This document shows positions 39,942 to 54,354 of a DNA stretch of 64,000 nt, piece by piece. Where the stretch lies: assembly GCA_964016885.1 (NCBI GenBank), contig OZ024756.1:38254001-38318000 (forward strand). Direction: 5' to 3'. A program made the translations under genes and the position numbers. The notes beneath the pieces were generated by a model. It was not told the DNA's origin. It saw nothing but the letters and a program-made list of their open reading frames with translations, and ran no database searches. This DNA comes from Eledone cirrhosa (taxonomy: Eukaryota). How positions within the stretch are numbered: the stretch's first letter is position 1; each line of letters begins with the position of its first letter.

Positions 39942-40024
39942 CACATACACACATATATTATGAGAGCATATTGTCAGTTTGTGAAAGTATGGAATGTATT
40001 GTCCACTGATTAGTGAGTTTTAAA

Positions 40025-40800
40025 AGCAGACAGATACACAGCTATGAGTAATAGAGAGTGGGAAAGAGAGATAGTTATGGGGGGGGGGACAAAGACAGGC
40101 AGAGAGGGAGAGAGAGAGACAGACAGAGAGATAGAGAGGAGAGACAGATACACAGCTATGAGTAATAGAGAGTGGGAAAGAGAGAGAGTTGAGGGGGGGG
40201 GGGGCAAAGACAGACAGAGAGGGAGAGAGAGGAGAGACAGATACACAGCTATGAGTAATAGAGTGTTAGAGAGAGAGAGAGAGTTAGGGGGGGGGGCAAA
40301 GACAGACAGATAGGGAGACAGAGAGAGACATTAGAGGCAGGGAGAGGGGAGAGACAGATACACAGCTATGAGTAATGGAGAGCAGACAGACAGGAAAGAG
40401 AGAGAGGTATGAGAGGGAAAGTGACAGACACAAAATTATGAGTAATAGATAGAGAGACAGACATATATATATATAGAGAGAGAGACAGACATATATATAG
40501 AGAGAGAGAGAGAAAGGCACAAAGTTATGAATAATAGATAGATAGCAAGAGAGACAGACACACAGCTATGAGTGAGTGATAGATAGATAGATAGCAAGAG
40601 AGACAGACACACAGCTATGAGTGATAGATAGATAGATAGATAGCAAGAGAGACAGACACACAGCTATGAGTGAGTGATAGATAGATAGATAGCAAGAGAG
40701 ACAGACACACAGCTATGAGTGAGTGATAGATAGATAGATAGCAAGAGAGACAGACACACAGCTATGAGTGAGTGATAGATAGATAGATAGATAGCAAGCA
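40025..40800. repeat. Degenerate GA-rich minisatellite (ACACAGCTATGAGT core)
   Basis: Repeated GAGACAGA(T/C)ACACAGCTATGAGT separated by (GATA)n or GA-rich spacers. Confidence 0.85.
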
Positions 40801-40856
40801 GGGAAAAGCGGACGTAAAATGAAATGAATGAAATATATGTATAGAGAAACTGATAT

Positions 40857-40864
<8 letters not shown>

Positions 40865-40947
<83 letters not shown>

Positions 40948-40948
40948 C

Positions 40949-40981
<33 letters not shown>

Positions 40982-41012
40982 CATATATATATATATAGAG
41001 AGAGAGAGAGAC

Positions 41013-41075
<63 letters not shown>

Positions 41076-41124
41076 CATATATATATATATAGAGAGAGAG
41101 AGACATATATATATAGAGAGAGAG

Positions 41125-41155
<31 letters not shown>

Positions 41156-41183
41156 CATATATATATATATATATAGAGAGAGA

Positions 41184-41279
<96 letters not shown>

Positions 41280-41280
41280 C

Positions 41281-41313
<33 letters not shown>

Positions 41314-41314
41314 C

Positions 41315-41345
<31 letters not shown>

Positions 41346-41406
41346 CATATATATATATATAGAGAGAGAGAGAGACATATATATATATATATAGAGAGAG
41401 GGAGAG

Positions 41407-41439
<33 letters not shown>

Positions 41440-41466
41440 CATATATATATATAGAGAGAGAGAGAC

Positions 41467-41524
<58 letters not shown>

Positions 41525-41550
41525 ATATATATATATAAAGAGAGAGAGAG
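40865..41550. repeat. Compound higher-order microsatellite [(TA)n(GA)nCA]m
   Basis: About 20 alternating blocks of CA(TA)n(GA)n. Confidence 0.95.
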
Positions 41551-41866
41551 TGGGAGAGACTGAAAGAGATAGAAACAGACTGCTGGCTGTTAGCAACAAC
41601 AAATTATGTATATTTTTGTTCAGTTACTCAGAGAGAAATTGTTAGCTCATTGATTGAGAGAGGGAGAGTGGGGTATGTCAGTCACACTGTATTAGCAGAC
41701 AAGTAATGTATGTATATGTGTATGTGTGTATATACACACTTATCTGTCTGCTGTATGCATGTCAAATATGCACACACACTATATATATGTATGTATATAC
41801 GTATGTATGCATATACTTATCTGTCTGCTGTGTGCATGTCAAATGTGTACTCTTACACACTCACTA

Positions 41867-41909
<43 letters not shown>

Positions 41910-42265
41910 ACACACACACTTGTCTGTCTGCTGTGTCTTGTGTTGTGTGACAGTACCCAATTTTAGATAAGCTTCAGCTAGTTTCAACTTCCTGAGGGGA
42001 AAGGGGAGATCCAGGGGGTACTCACCCCACCCACTACCCAGTTTAGCCAGACCTGTTTCAGGTGCTCCATCCATCCCCACACACTACTCAGCCTGTCTCA
42101 GGGGTCCCCACTCACCACAGTACATACAAATCTGCTAGTCCCCATCCTGGTCACTTCCTGTAGCTCCTAAACATTTCTCAAGACCTTCATGGAAACCCCC
42201 CCAGGGGTGGGGGTTGTTGATGAGCTCAGGAAGGTACCCTATGTGTCTTAAGACCTCAGCACAAA

Positions 42266-42605
42266 GGGGCGGTGGATTGGCAGTATCGGTAGAGGGTCGG
42301 ACGCCATGCTTTGTAGCATAGAGTTACGACCCTTGTCATTCTGAGTTCAAATCCTGCCGAGGTTAACTTTACCCTTCATCCTTACGGGGTCAATAAAATA
42401 AAGTACCAGTAATGCACTGAGTAATTGCTGGCCTTGTGCCAAGAGTAGAAACAATTATTATTTGCCTCTCAGTCAGTAGAGTGCCAGACAATATGCTTTG
42501 CAACATAGAGTTACGGCCATTTACGTTCTAAGTTCAAATCCTGCCGAGGTTAACTTTACCCTTCATCCTTACGGGGTCAATAAAATAAAGTACCAGTAAT
42601 GCACC
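42266..42605 (+). mobile_element. SINE family A, full copy plus an adjacent partial copy
   Basis: Both share the CTGCCGAGGTTAACTTTACCCTTCATCC...GGTCAATAAA variants. Confidence 0.85.
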
Positions 42606-43111
42606 CGGTCACTCTCCCCCAATGGGTAATCTGTTGTGATGAAATTTGTCTATTACCTTGTTATCTGTTCTTATGCTTTACACATTTCTTTATATGTAAA
42701 TCTCTACAGTCCTTGCCTGTTCTTATTGTCCATAATATTTTCAACCTTAGTGGACAATAAAGAAATCATTAGTATTATTATTTCAAGTTGTAACTGCATT
42801 ACTGAGCACAGCTCTGTGGGCCTTGGCTATGTGCAGTGTTATTTCTATTTCTAGATCTTTATATTTGGATAATTTCTCTATTTCCTTGGTGGATATATTG
42901 TCATTTGTGGGGATAGGTGCATCAATTAAAAGACATTTGTTATTATTAATGGCAAAGACGTTAGAATGTTAGATAGACTACTTTGAGGTATTTGTTCCAA
43001 CTCAGCGCCCAGAGTTCTATCCTTTTGAAATTGATAAAAAGTACCAGTTGAGTACTGGAGTCAATTCTTCCTCTTTTGAACCCTGTGTGGCTAATAAAGA
43101 AATCATTATTA

Positions 43112-43545
43112 TCGGATATGCCTGAAAGGGCTGAAGACGAGGCACTTTCCTTTTCGGCAACCCTCAGATTAAATTTCTTCAGGTTTCAGTTGAAAAGGAA
43201 AATGAGGGTGGAGAAGGAAGTGCTGCATTCAAAGCGATTTGTTGAAAGGTGGGTGAAAGAGGTGAGAATGGTCCGAGTGAATTGGCCTGCTTTGAGCGTG
43301 TGCTTGTAGATTGAGGGAGTACACTTGGAAGAGGGCACTTGCCCTGGTGGTCAAGGTAACTGTGGCTTTTGTGGGTTTTCTCCATGAGTAACTCTTAGAA
43401 GGTCCCCCAGGGGAAATTTTCTCTTGTTTTTTTTATTACATCCTTTGTTTTTGTTTTATACTCATTACACACAGAAACCCACCGTCCTGTGCTGTCCTTA
43501 ATGTATTTTTTATGTAAACCCTTTGTGGTCAATAACGAAAACATT
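43112..43545 (+). mobile_element. L1/Tx1-like LINE 3' fragment
   Basis: LNFFRFQLKRKMRVEKEVLHSKRFVERWVK resembles Tx1 ORF2 C-termini; the 3' end CCCTTTGTGGTCAATAA is shared with short fragments at ~42745, ~43080, ~50595 and ~55395. Confidence 0.55.
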
Positions 43546-43801
43546 ATTATTGTATATTATCATTATTATTATATACTTATTCTACTTCCGGACCTTGCCT
43601 TATGTTTGTTAATTATTTTTCCTTACATACCGGATTCCTTTCTTCCCCCCTCCTCTCTCCATCCTTCTATGTGTAATGCTATTATTGCAGGAGAGAGAGT
43701 GGGGAGAGGAGATGTTGTGTTCCAGTCTGTTGCCTACTGCTGCTGCTCTTAAGCCTTGCTGTTGTTGCTTACACCACTGTCTCAAATCTCTCTCTCTCAC
43801 T

Positions 43802-43881
<80 letters not shown>

Positions 43882-43993
43882 CCATGCACTCTTCAAACCA
43901 GTTTAAAGAGTTCACTTAAGCATGAAACTCCAGGCCTCAAGCCACTTGTGTAGCTTCACGGATATGTGTGTATATGCATGTATATATATGTGC

Positions 43994-44053
<60 letters not shown>

Positions 44054-45104
44054 TTTATGATGATATCGTTGACTGTAAATGTATGCCTGAACCTAAACTG
44101 ACCGGCTGTCTGTTTGTGTGGCATGGTGCAGTGGTGGTTGATGGTGGTCGTTCTGGTGGTGTTGGTGTTGCTAGTAGTGTGGTGGTAGTGGTGGTGGTGA
44201 TGGTGGTTCCAGTGGTGGCTTTGATTCTGGCTACTGGTGCTGGTGGTGTTGATATGGTTTTTGTGATACTGGTGATGGAGGTAGTGGTGGTGGTGTTAGT
44301 GGTGATGGTGGCAGTGGTGGTGGTGTTAGTGGTGATGGTGGCAGTGGTGATGGAGGTAGTGGTGGTGGTGTTAGTGGTGATGGTGGCAGTGGTGATGGTG
44401 GCAGTGGTGATGGAGGTAGTGGTGGTGGTGTTAGTGGTGATGGTGGCAGTGCTGGTATAATGGTGGTGTTGGCTTTAACTGGCCACCTTCGTTATGGCAG
44501 CAACAGTCTGGTTGTCTCTGTCCTTTTCTTTTGTTTTCTTCATCTCCATTACTGGAAGGAAAGAAAGGATAAAAGGATTTTACTATTTTCTTCTTCCGCT
44601 TTACAATATTCTATTATTCTTTTATTGCAGTCATTAGACTGCGACCATTCTGGGGCACCATATTGAAAGGATTTAGTCAATTATATTAAGCCCAGTACTT
44701 TTTTATTTATTTAGTTATTTTTTGTCAATTGAAATATTTTGATTTTGTTTGATTAAATACAATTTTGTTCTTTTAGTATAGATTTGAAATAGTTTTATGG
44801 GGTCTCCTCTTCCTCTCTTATATTAGGTCAACTTTTCATCAATCTGTATACAGTCCTTTACAGATTAACCCTTTTGTGACCATATTTCTAATGAAATACC
44901 CTGCCTATCTGTTTCTGTTAAGTCACACAAGTAAAGTTACATGCTCGTTATCATTTGTCATTGTTTTAACATCCATGTTTCCACATATGCTTAAACAAAC
45001 AGCTTAATCATAAAAAAGTTAGATATGTTGCTAAATCCCTCCAAATTCTTCATGAGTTTTTACATGATTTGAAAATTATAAGACAATGTTGTTCCTTAGA
45101 CATC

Positions 45105-45720
45105 TTCATCATCATCGTCTAATGTCCCTTTTCTATGCTAGCATGGGTTAGACAGGTTGCCCCATTAGAGGCAAGTTGGGCCAAGTGTCTTGCTCATACA
45201 AGAGTGTTTCTGGCTTGATTTCTACAGCTAGATGCTTTTTGTCGTGACACCTACACAACCACTTTAGTGTGTACTGGGTGCTTTTTGTCGTGACACCTAC
45301 ATGACCATTTTACAGTGTGTACTGGGTGCTTTTTGTCATGACACCTACACAACCACTGTACAGTGTGGACTGGGTGCCTTTAGCCGTGTCTCCTACACTA
45401 CAACTTTACAGTGTGGACTGGGTGCATTTTGTCGTGACTCCTACATGACCACTTTACAGTGTTGGCTGGATGCTTTTAGTTGTGACACCTACACAACCAT
45501 TTTACAGTGTGGACTGGGTGCATTTTGTCGTGACACCTACATGACCACTTTACAGTGTTGGCTGGATGCTTTTAGTTGTGACACCTACACAACCACTTTA
45601 CAGTGTGGACTGGGAACTTTTAGTCGTGACACCTACACAACCACATTACAGTGTGGGCTGGGAACTTTTAGTAGTGACACCTACATGACCACTTTACAGT
45701 GTGGACTGGGTGCTTTTGTG
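45105..45720 (-). repeat. Family C SINE tail with the internal 48-bp unit expanded to ~10 copies
   Basis: Unit ACCACTTTACAGTGTGGACTGGGTGCTTTTTGTCGTGACACCTACACA; a similar array starts at ~63915. Confidence 0.9.
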
Positions 45721-46826
45721 ATATGGTAACAAAAGGGTTTAATGTTTCTTGGTAGAACATCATATATAGATAAAAGACATAACAAGAAAGTGTCAAAGAA
45801 CTTAAAGGTGCTAAGTGTTTTGTTTAAAATACAACTACTGAGTGGGGTGGTGTGGGGGGTCAAGTAGATGGACAGTTTAATAGCTAAGTGGCAATTATTT
45901 GGGGAAGTGGAATAACTTTTAATGTATGTTGTAATACTACTACCACCACCACCACCACCACTACTACCACTACTACTTACTGCCACTACTACTAATTATA
46001 AGTACCTATCTCATTCTTTTAAAACTGTTGTCTGTCTGCCTCTCTCTCTCTCCCTTTATTTTTGTGTTAGTAAATAACATTCCTTTTGGCAGTGCTAGTT
46101 GTCAAACAAACCCTAAAACCTTGCCATCCACTTCCAATAACCACATGGTAAACTAAACATGGAGTCTTTCCTTCTTATAACCTCTGCCTGCTGAGTGAAG
46201 GCATCATATGTCCTCACTTATTGGAGTCATGGGTTCAATTCTTGGACCAGCATTGTGTTCTTGAGCAAGACTCGTCATTTAACTCTTTAGCATTTAAATC
46301 GGCCGTATCCAGCCAGAATTCTCTCACCTCTTTCTGTTCAAACCAGCCGTAACTGGCCACTCATATTGATGTTAAGGTACATCATCATCATCATCATCAT
46401 CATTTTACATCTGTTTTCAATGCTTGCATGGGTTAGACAGGTTGTCATGTTCTGAAGCTAGACCAGTCAGGTGACCATGTCTTGCCCATATGTTCAGTTT
46501 TGGGTTTGGTTTTCTACAGCTGGATGCCCTTCCTAATCCTCAACCACTTTACTGGCAGAATTTTATTGTGACTCCAGCATTACCACTTTAACAGAGTGGA
46601 CTGGGTGCTTTTTTAGATGTGGCATGGCACAAGTACCACCACCTTGATAAGAGTGACAGACCCTGTCATTAAAGCACCCAAGTGGTTCATGATCATCCAC
46701 CAACCTCTGCCCTCTCCTCCTCCCTTCCTCTTTCTCTCCTCTCACACCCTCATCTCTCTCCACAACATGTCCCATGTTTTAGATGAAATATTTTATATTT
46801 ATGTTTGTTTTTTCATATATTTCCAG

Positions 46827-46876
46827 ATGTTGCCATTGTCATGATTACAAGATGGAAGAGGATCAAAAAGAAAACG
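46827..46876 (+). ncRNA. Candidate 50-nt internal exon of the miRNA host transcript
   Basis: T-rich tract and TTCCAG| acceptor, purine-rich body, consensus donor ACG|GTAAGT. Confidence 0.6.
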
Positions 46877-47798
46877 GTAAGTTCAGTGTTTGTCATATTA
46901 GAATATTATGGTCAAAGTCATTTAGTAACATATAATATGGTGGTGAATTGGTAGAGTTGTTTAGTATGAGCCAAACAAAGGATTGGGATGATTCCTCAGT
47001 TGTTTCAAAGATATGATAACCTCCATAGAATTGGTCATCTACGTGATAAATATACCCAGTACTCGTAAAGTGGTTCGTGAAAAGAAGGGCATCCAGCCAT
47101 CCATAGAAAGCTTGCCAAACAAAATGTCGGGAAGACCCTTCAGTTATGTCAAATATATGATGACCTCACAAGAGTGTAGTCTGAGATATGGGGACTACTC
47201 TCTGAGATTATGGGACCATCACACTAACCCCTAGGACTTTGTATTGACCAGTAATTGTATGTTTGTGACCTCCATACCAACCTAAAGACTGTATTTGTAC
47301 ACTGCTACTGTTCAATAGTGGGAGGAGCATCCCACCCACTCATCTTTTCCACAATTTTAGTGAGCTTCTATGAAGGTGTGTGGCATAGTGGGCTAAAGAT
47401 GTTGGGATCACAATTGTAATATTAGGGATTTGATTCCTGCACTGGGCAGTGCTTTGTGCTCTTGAGTAAGACATTTCATTTCATGTCACTCTAGTCCACT
47501 CAGCTGAGAAAAAAAAAACTGACTACCAACACCACCAGCATCTGGGGCTTAACCCTACGACAGACTAGCATCCCATCCACGAGGGAAGCATTATATTGTC
47601 AGAAAGTAAATGGCAATGAAACAAGGAAAAAGTCTGAACTTCTGGAGTTTAGGGCAGACTTTGTATAAAGTACCAGCTGGTTATATATAACCATCAACCA
47701 CAGTCTGTGTCAATCAATGACTAGTTGAAGGAGAAAACATATTGAAACCTGAGAATCAATCAGTTTCTATATTGATTACATAAACATATGTGTATATA

Positions 47799-47898
47799 CA
47801 GGCTGTGCCAAAAATATGAATATACACTTTGATTACCTGTACAGGTAATATTTATTAGAATGCTGTTGAAGTGTGTATACATTTTTGGGGACACCCTG
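47799..47898. mobile_element. ~100-bp Tc1/mariner-like MITE (copies 56946-57046, 57841-57937, 63084-63183, partial ~6677-6720)
   Basis: TIR CAGGGTGTCCCCAAAATGTATACACACTT, TA flanks, internal palindrome TTACCTGTACAGGTAA. Confidence 0.8.
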
Positions 47899-47922
47899 TA
47901 TATGCATCCATATGTATATATA

Positions 47923-47958
<36 letters not shown>

Positions 47959-49619
47959 CACATACACACACACAAATGAGCAAAACGTGGTCACCTGACC
48001 TGAATTGTCTCATAACGTGACAACGAGTTAAACCCATGCAAGCTTGGAAAATTGAACATTAAATGATGATGATGATTATCATACATACATCTAACATCTG
48101 CTTTCCATGTTGGCATGGGTTCCGCGAATCCCCCCCCCCCCCACACACACACAGACTTTATATTAGATTCTAGTACACAGACAGAAGCTGTTTTGTATTA
48201 TATCGACTATATATATATATATACATATATACTAATATATAATGTAGCAGTTGTGTGTGTGTGTGAGAGACAGTCTCTGAGTCTGTGTGTGTGTTAGTGT
48301 GACACTCTGGTTGTGTGTGTGTGAGACAGTCTCTCTGTATGTGTGGCTGAGTCTGTGTGTGTTAGTGTGACACTGGTTGTGGTTGTGTGTGTGTGTGAGA
48401 CAGTCTCCGTGTATGTGTGGCTGAGTTTGTGTGTGTGTATGAATGTGTTAGTGTGACAGTCTGTGTGTGTGACTGTCTATGATAACTTATTCTATATACT
48501 TTCACTGATAGTCTTTTGTTTTATCTATTATTTCATATATTGTATTATTTGACCATGGGGAGGGAGGGGAGACAGCCATTAGAACACCAGAGAGTATGTT
48601 TTGTGGTGTTGCTATTCCATCCAGTAAGCTCTCTTACACTCTATGTTCAAATCTGGCCAGGGTCAACTTTGCCTTTTATCCTTCCGGCTGTTGATAAAAT
48701 AAAGTACCAGTCAAATACTGGGGTCGATTGAATAGCTTTTCCCTCTCCCTCGCTGGCCTTGTGCCTAAATCAGAAACAATTATTTAACAGGACTGAATTG
48801 GTTGAGGTGTTAGGATGTCATATAGAAGGGTTTGTGGTGTTAGTTTTGACTCTCAGAACCTCTGAGTTCGAGCCCTACACTGGTCCCCTACAGTGCCTTT
48901 CATCCTTTCAAGGTTGATAAAGTACCGGTGCTACACTGGGATTGATTCTTCCTTTGTATCTCTTCCACTCACACCCTTTCTCTTATTCTTTCACATACTT
49001 GCGTACACACATACATACACACACACACACTCTCTTTCTTTCTCCCCCTTTCACACATGTTCACATACACACGCTCACTCTCTCTATCACACACACACAC
49101 ACACACACCCATGGTATTTTCCTAATCAGGGTCTATTGTTATATATTTCTACCTATTACAAGACAAGAGGGTTCCCAGTAAAATTACATTATCTAGGTCA
49201 ATGGACTCACTGTCCACTTGTACACACACACACACGTACATAAATGGAAGTGATAGACTTCAGGTGAAAATCAATAAGTCTACCTGTTTAGCTGGGTGGA
49301 TGGATGGCCAGTCGTACTGCTGACAGACAGACAGACAGACAGGTGAGGCAGACAGAGAGACAAATAGGTATAGCTGATTGACTGACATACAGGCTGGTAT
49401 GCAAAGTAGACAGGTAAGGCAGGTATAGTTGACTGATAGACAGACGCAGACTCTTTACAATATATATACTTTCCTCCCAAGTATTGAGTACTTAGCTGGT
49501 AACATCCAATATCTCTCTCTCTCTCTGTTACCAATATAGATCCTGGTAAAGATGAGAGAAGATCTATGCTAATCAATTTCCTTGATCCAGTAAAACTTGG
49601 TGTTCTTCTCTCCCCATCA

Positions 49620-49775
49620 ACAGCTAGATCCAAGTTTGGATCTAGCTGTAGAAACAGCAGGAGCTCTGCCGTCGGGGTCCTGAATTTTTTCATATTTTCT
49701 ACTCTACTACCCCAAGTATTGAGAACTCTAGTGAGTAATGGTCTAGCTGGTTTTTATCGCCTCCAATCCGATATA
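49620..49775 (+). mobile_element. Penelope-like terminal fragment (related copies 51370-51530, 52255-52355, 32812-32891)
   Basis: Shared CTCTACTACCC-AAGTATTGAG(T/A)ACT motif, ends abutting (TA)n, local inverted repeats; classification is inference. Confidence 0.45.
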
Positions 49776-49914
49776 TATGTGTGTGTGTGTGTGTATATAT
49801 GTATGTGTGTGTACACACACACCTACACATTAGAATTAGAATTATGGTAATGGAGAAGTTCATGAACTGAGAGTGTAATAGAGAAATGGGGTGGGGGATA
49901 GACAACATTAACTA

Positions 49915-50497
49915 AAAACATTTAAACCGGCCATATCCAGCCAGAACTCGCTCACCTCTTTCTCTTCAAGCTGGTCATAACTGGCCACTCATCATCATCA
50001 TCATCATCATCGTTTAATATCTATCTTCCATGCTAGCATGGGTTAGACGGGAGTTGTCCCACTTGAGGCAAGATTGGTCGGGTGACTGTCTCGCTTGTTT
50101 AGGACTACCTGGCAGGTTTTCTACGGTTGGATGCCCTTCCTAACACCAACCATAATTACAGTGTGGACTGGGAGCTTTTTACCGTATTACCTACACAACC
50201 ACATTACAGCGTAGACTGTGTTTTTTTTTTTGTTGTGACACCTACACAACCTCATTAGTTTAGACTGGATGTTGTGGTACCAACATAACTTTACAGAGAA
50301 AGGGTGGTGTTAGTGGGAGGGTGGAGTAGGGGTAGTGGGTTGGGGTGTATATTTGGTTAAGAGGTGCCTACTGACTGTTAAGATATTGTTCTCAAAATAA
50401 ATAACATCAAAATCTTGTAGATTCGATATTATGTGAGACAAAGCCTTTACTGTGAACATACCATAGTAAATATAGAATAATGTAAATGGTAAAGGGT
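49915..50497 (+). mobile_element. MITE 1 split by a nested minus-strand family C SINE (49990-50310)
   Basis: The MITE body stops at CTGGCCACTCAT (~49992) and resumes at TGTTAAGATATTGTTCTC (~50376). Confidence 0.8.
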
Positions 50498-50847
50498 AGC
50501 ATTCAGAACCCTTGCACCTCTTCATCCTCCTACCCTTTAGGGATGTCTCTTTCACCCCAGTGTGTTGTTTATGGTTTTCTATTGTCCTCAATGTGTTGTG
50601 GCCAATAAACAGTCATTACTGTTGTTGTATCATCTGTTACTTTTAGCTGAGTCTCCCTGTCTAATCACAATATTGGTTGGTTTCATGAAATTGTCTCATT
50701 TATATTTTTAACAACCAATGTATATGTGTATGTGTATGTGTGTGTGTGTTTATGTATGTATATGTGTGTGTGTGTTTATGTATATATGTATGTGTGTTTA
50801 TGTATGTATATGTGTGCATATACAGTATATATATGTGTGCATATATA

Positions 50848-50880
<33 letters not shown>

Positions 50881-51320
50881 ATATATATATGTGTTTATGT
50901 ATGTATGTATGTAATCTAATACCTCCCTCATTTTCATTTCGGTATTATTGGTAAGATGTATCTAGCTAGATCCATGTACAATTAGTCTAATTAGTCTAAT
51001 GAGTTGCTAATCTCATAATTTTTTAACTTTTTGTTTGATTTTAATATCTTTAGTGTCTTACCCAATTTCTTAATTACAACACTTTTTGTTATGGTTGTTG
51101 TTGTTGTTACTGTTCTGCTGGGAAAATCTGTTAGCTTTAAGAGAAATAGTTCTTTTATTTTTTTAAACATAAATATATGATGGGCATGGCTGTGTGGTTA
51201 AGAAGCTTTGTAGCTGTGTGGTCTTGGTTTCTATCCCACTTTTGGCCAGTGGCTTCTACTATAGCCTTGGTTACTGCCTGCTGAATTAATTTGGCTGGTA
51301 GAAACTATAAGGAAGCCTGC

Positions 51321-51365
<45 letters not shown>

Positions 51366-51628
51366 ATATATCAGATTGGAGGGGGTAAAAGGCAGTTAGA
51401 TCATTACTCACCAGAGTACTCGATACTTGGGGTGGTAGAGTTGGTAATATGAAAACATTCAGGACCCCGACAGATCGAGCTGTTGAATCTGCTGGAGCTC
51501 AGCCACCGGGCTCCTGAATTTTTTCATATATATATATATATTAATTATACATAATTAAAATTTGTCATGAATATACATAACATCTCAATGACAAGATACC
51601 TGGGCATTGCCAGGTGCCTCTGCTAGTA

Positions 51629-51665
<37 letters not shown>

Positions 51666-53149
51666 ATGCATATATTTATATATATACTGGGGATCCAGCC
51701 GGATCAGTTGGAGGTGGTTGCTTCTGACAGGACCCACTGGAAGGAGTGTTTGAGAGGGGGATGGGAGCTGTGACCCTCCCAAGAATAAGTGGGTGAAGAA
51801 GATATATATATTTGGTCTATAAATACACTGACATAATGAAAACCCCCACAATACAGAGCTGTGTGTGTTTTGTTGGTATGAAAGAAAACTTTCCTTATTG
51901 TTTAGAATTCTTAAGATAAGCCGTTCAATAAATCTTTAAATAAATTTCTTTCTACAGCCCCATTGAGGGGTTGAGTTCATCTGTGGGGACTTATTTGAGA
52001 GAGGAGTGAGAAACAAACATGTGTATATGTGTATACTAGTGTGGAAGATGGCCGTTAAACAATGATGATGATGGTATATATATATATATATGTATTTCTG
52101 AAGAAAAAGCAAAGGAAAAAAGAGTGCTCTATGTATAAAACAGAGCTATTTAATTAGCAAACTAGACATATGTTAATATTGTCTAGGGTCCTGAAACCTT
52201 TGGTAATGGAGTAGTTATATATGTGTTGTTCACTTTCTAATTATATATATATATCGGGGTCATACTTGTTCCTATTACCCACTCTACTACCCTAAGTATT
52301 GAGTACTTTGGTGCGTTATGGTCCATCTGGTTCCTTACCACATTTCCTTCGTTATTTATATATATATATATGATTTTATGGCTGTTCGTACAAATGTGGA
52401 GAGAGAGAAGGGGTGGGGGGCACATTTAGGTGGTATGTTGTATTATCATTTTATTTATCCAGACCTACTGACCTAATCACAGTTGTATCATCTCTAGTTT
52501 CATCCCTTGCATCCCTGTATGCGTGTGTGAGGGTGTGTATGTGTGGGTATGAGAGTGTGTATCTTTGTGTGCCTGGATGTAGTGTGTATGTGCTACAGAT
52601 AAGTAGATAGAACCCATGTGGAGCTGATGGTAAAAGAGCAATTATAGTGGGGGGGGGGGTATAAATGAAAAAGATTAGAGAGAGATACAGAGGAGAAGAT
52701 AGACTTAGATATAGAGTAAGAGGTAGGAAGGGAAAGAGAGAGACTAAACAAAACAGATTTATTTGGCTAGACTCTAAGTTGTATTAAACCCCAGGAAAGT
52801 ACATAGCACTTAACTTGCATCTTAATACAGTAATTAATAGATACAGTGGTGGTGTTTAAATGACCTTGTCAGTAGGCCACCACTATCACTGCTACTACTA
52901 CTCACAACCACCACCATCACCACCACTGCTCACAACCACAACATCCACCATCACCATTGCTACCACCACTACTCACCACCACCACCACCACTCACAGCCT
53001 ACGTGTTGTGTGGGAGGAGATTTTGATTATCAAATATTACACAAATAACCAGACTACGGTTGTTAATATAGTAAAACTACTTTCATAATAAAAACAAGGC
53101 CGAGTGTTTTAATTCTTTTGATGTTGCAACCACCCCTGGTTCTGTCACT

Positions 53150-53733
53150 TTAACCCTTTACCATTTACATTACTCTATATATACTATTGTATTTTCACAG
53201 TAAACACTTTACCTCACATAATATTGAATCTATGAGATTTTGATATTTAGTTTGAAAACTATACCTTAACATATGTATGTGTGGCCAGATACAGCCAGTT
53301 TGAACAGAAAGAGGTGAGAGAATTCTGGCCGGATACATCCAGTTTAAATGCTAAAGGTTTTAAACTATTTTATTTTATTTAAAGTGCTTATATGCATTTA
53401 ATAAAAACCTTCCGTCATATTTTATGTAAGAACCTTTGTTAAGTCATTGATTTCAAAATGCCTGCTTAATAATGAGAAAGTCAGTTATGTTACTAAATAC
53501 TTCAGAATTCTTGATTAGTTTTCAAAAGTATTTGAAAATCATGAGTAGTGTATTTCATTTACCATGTAAACTGGCCGTATCTGGCCAGAATTCTCTCACC
53601 TCTTTTTGTTCAAACTGGTCGTAACTGGCTGAAATAATATCAAAATCTCATTGATTCGATATTATGTGAAGTAAAGCCTTTACCATGAAAATATAATAGT
53701 ATATATAGATTAATGTAAATACTAAAGGGTTAA
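53150..53733. mobile_element. Two oppositely oriented MITE 1 copies (53150-53363 minus, ~53560-53733 plus) within MITE 2 sequence
   Basis: TTAACCCTTTACCATTTAC start and TAAATACTAAAGGGTTAA end, with mirror-image bodies. Confidence 0.75.
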
Positions 53734-53818
53734 GGCATATTTTTCTGGTTGAAGCAGGGATTATTCTTGCAGGCCTCATGACAAAGTTCTTATCGTGGAG
53801 TCCATTTTAAGATAATGC

Positions 53819-54090
53819 CACACAGGGATATGGTGTACATATTCTAGACAGGATACACAGTAATATTACACAGTGATATGGTGTACATATTCTAGACAGG
53901 ATACACAGTAATATTACACAGGGATATGGTGTACATATTCTAGACAGGATACACAGTAATATTACACAAGGATACAGTGTACATATTCTAAACAGGATAC
54001 ACAGTAATATTACACAGTGATATAGTGTACATATTCTAGACAGGATACACACAGTAATTTTTTCCCAGGGATATGGTGTACATATCCTAA
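53819..54090. repeat. 48-bp minisatellite, ~5.5 copies
   Basis: Unit ACACAGGGATATGGTGTACATATTCTAGACAGGATACACAGTAATATT. Confidence 0.93.
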
Positions 54091-54354
54091 ACCGGATAGA
54101 CCTACTGTTTTCATAGGAAAAAGAAATGAAATTAAATAATGGAGCAGACATGGCTGTCTGGTTAAAAAGTTCCCTTCACAGATTTGTGAATTTATGTTCG
54201 ATTCCACAGCATGGAACCTTAGGCTTTTTTTTTTTCTTGTTATAGCTACAGGTTGACTAATACCTTGTTTTAGTGGAAAGGAGCTGTGAGGAAGCTCTTT
54301 GTGTGTGGGGGGTGGTCTACTTTTGTATGTATTTATAATAATAATAATAATTAA

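Noticed and set aside
40664-41602. ORFs of 226-312 aa and the many YI/CV/LS/RE-rich ORFs elsewhere
   Set aside because: Dinucleotide microsatellite translations
43125-43170. CTGAAGA as a hammerhead core
   Set aside because: No GAAA or closing helices; it lies in the coding remnant of a LINE
46827-46844. Selenoprotein interpretation of the in-frame UGA
   Set aside because: No SECIS element recognised and no similarity to selenoprotein families I know
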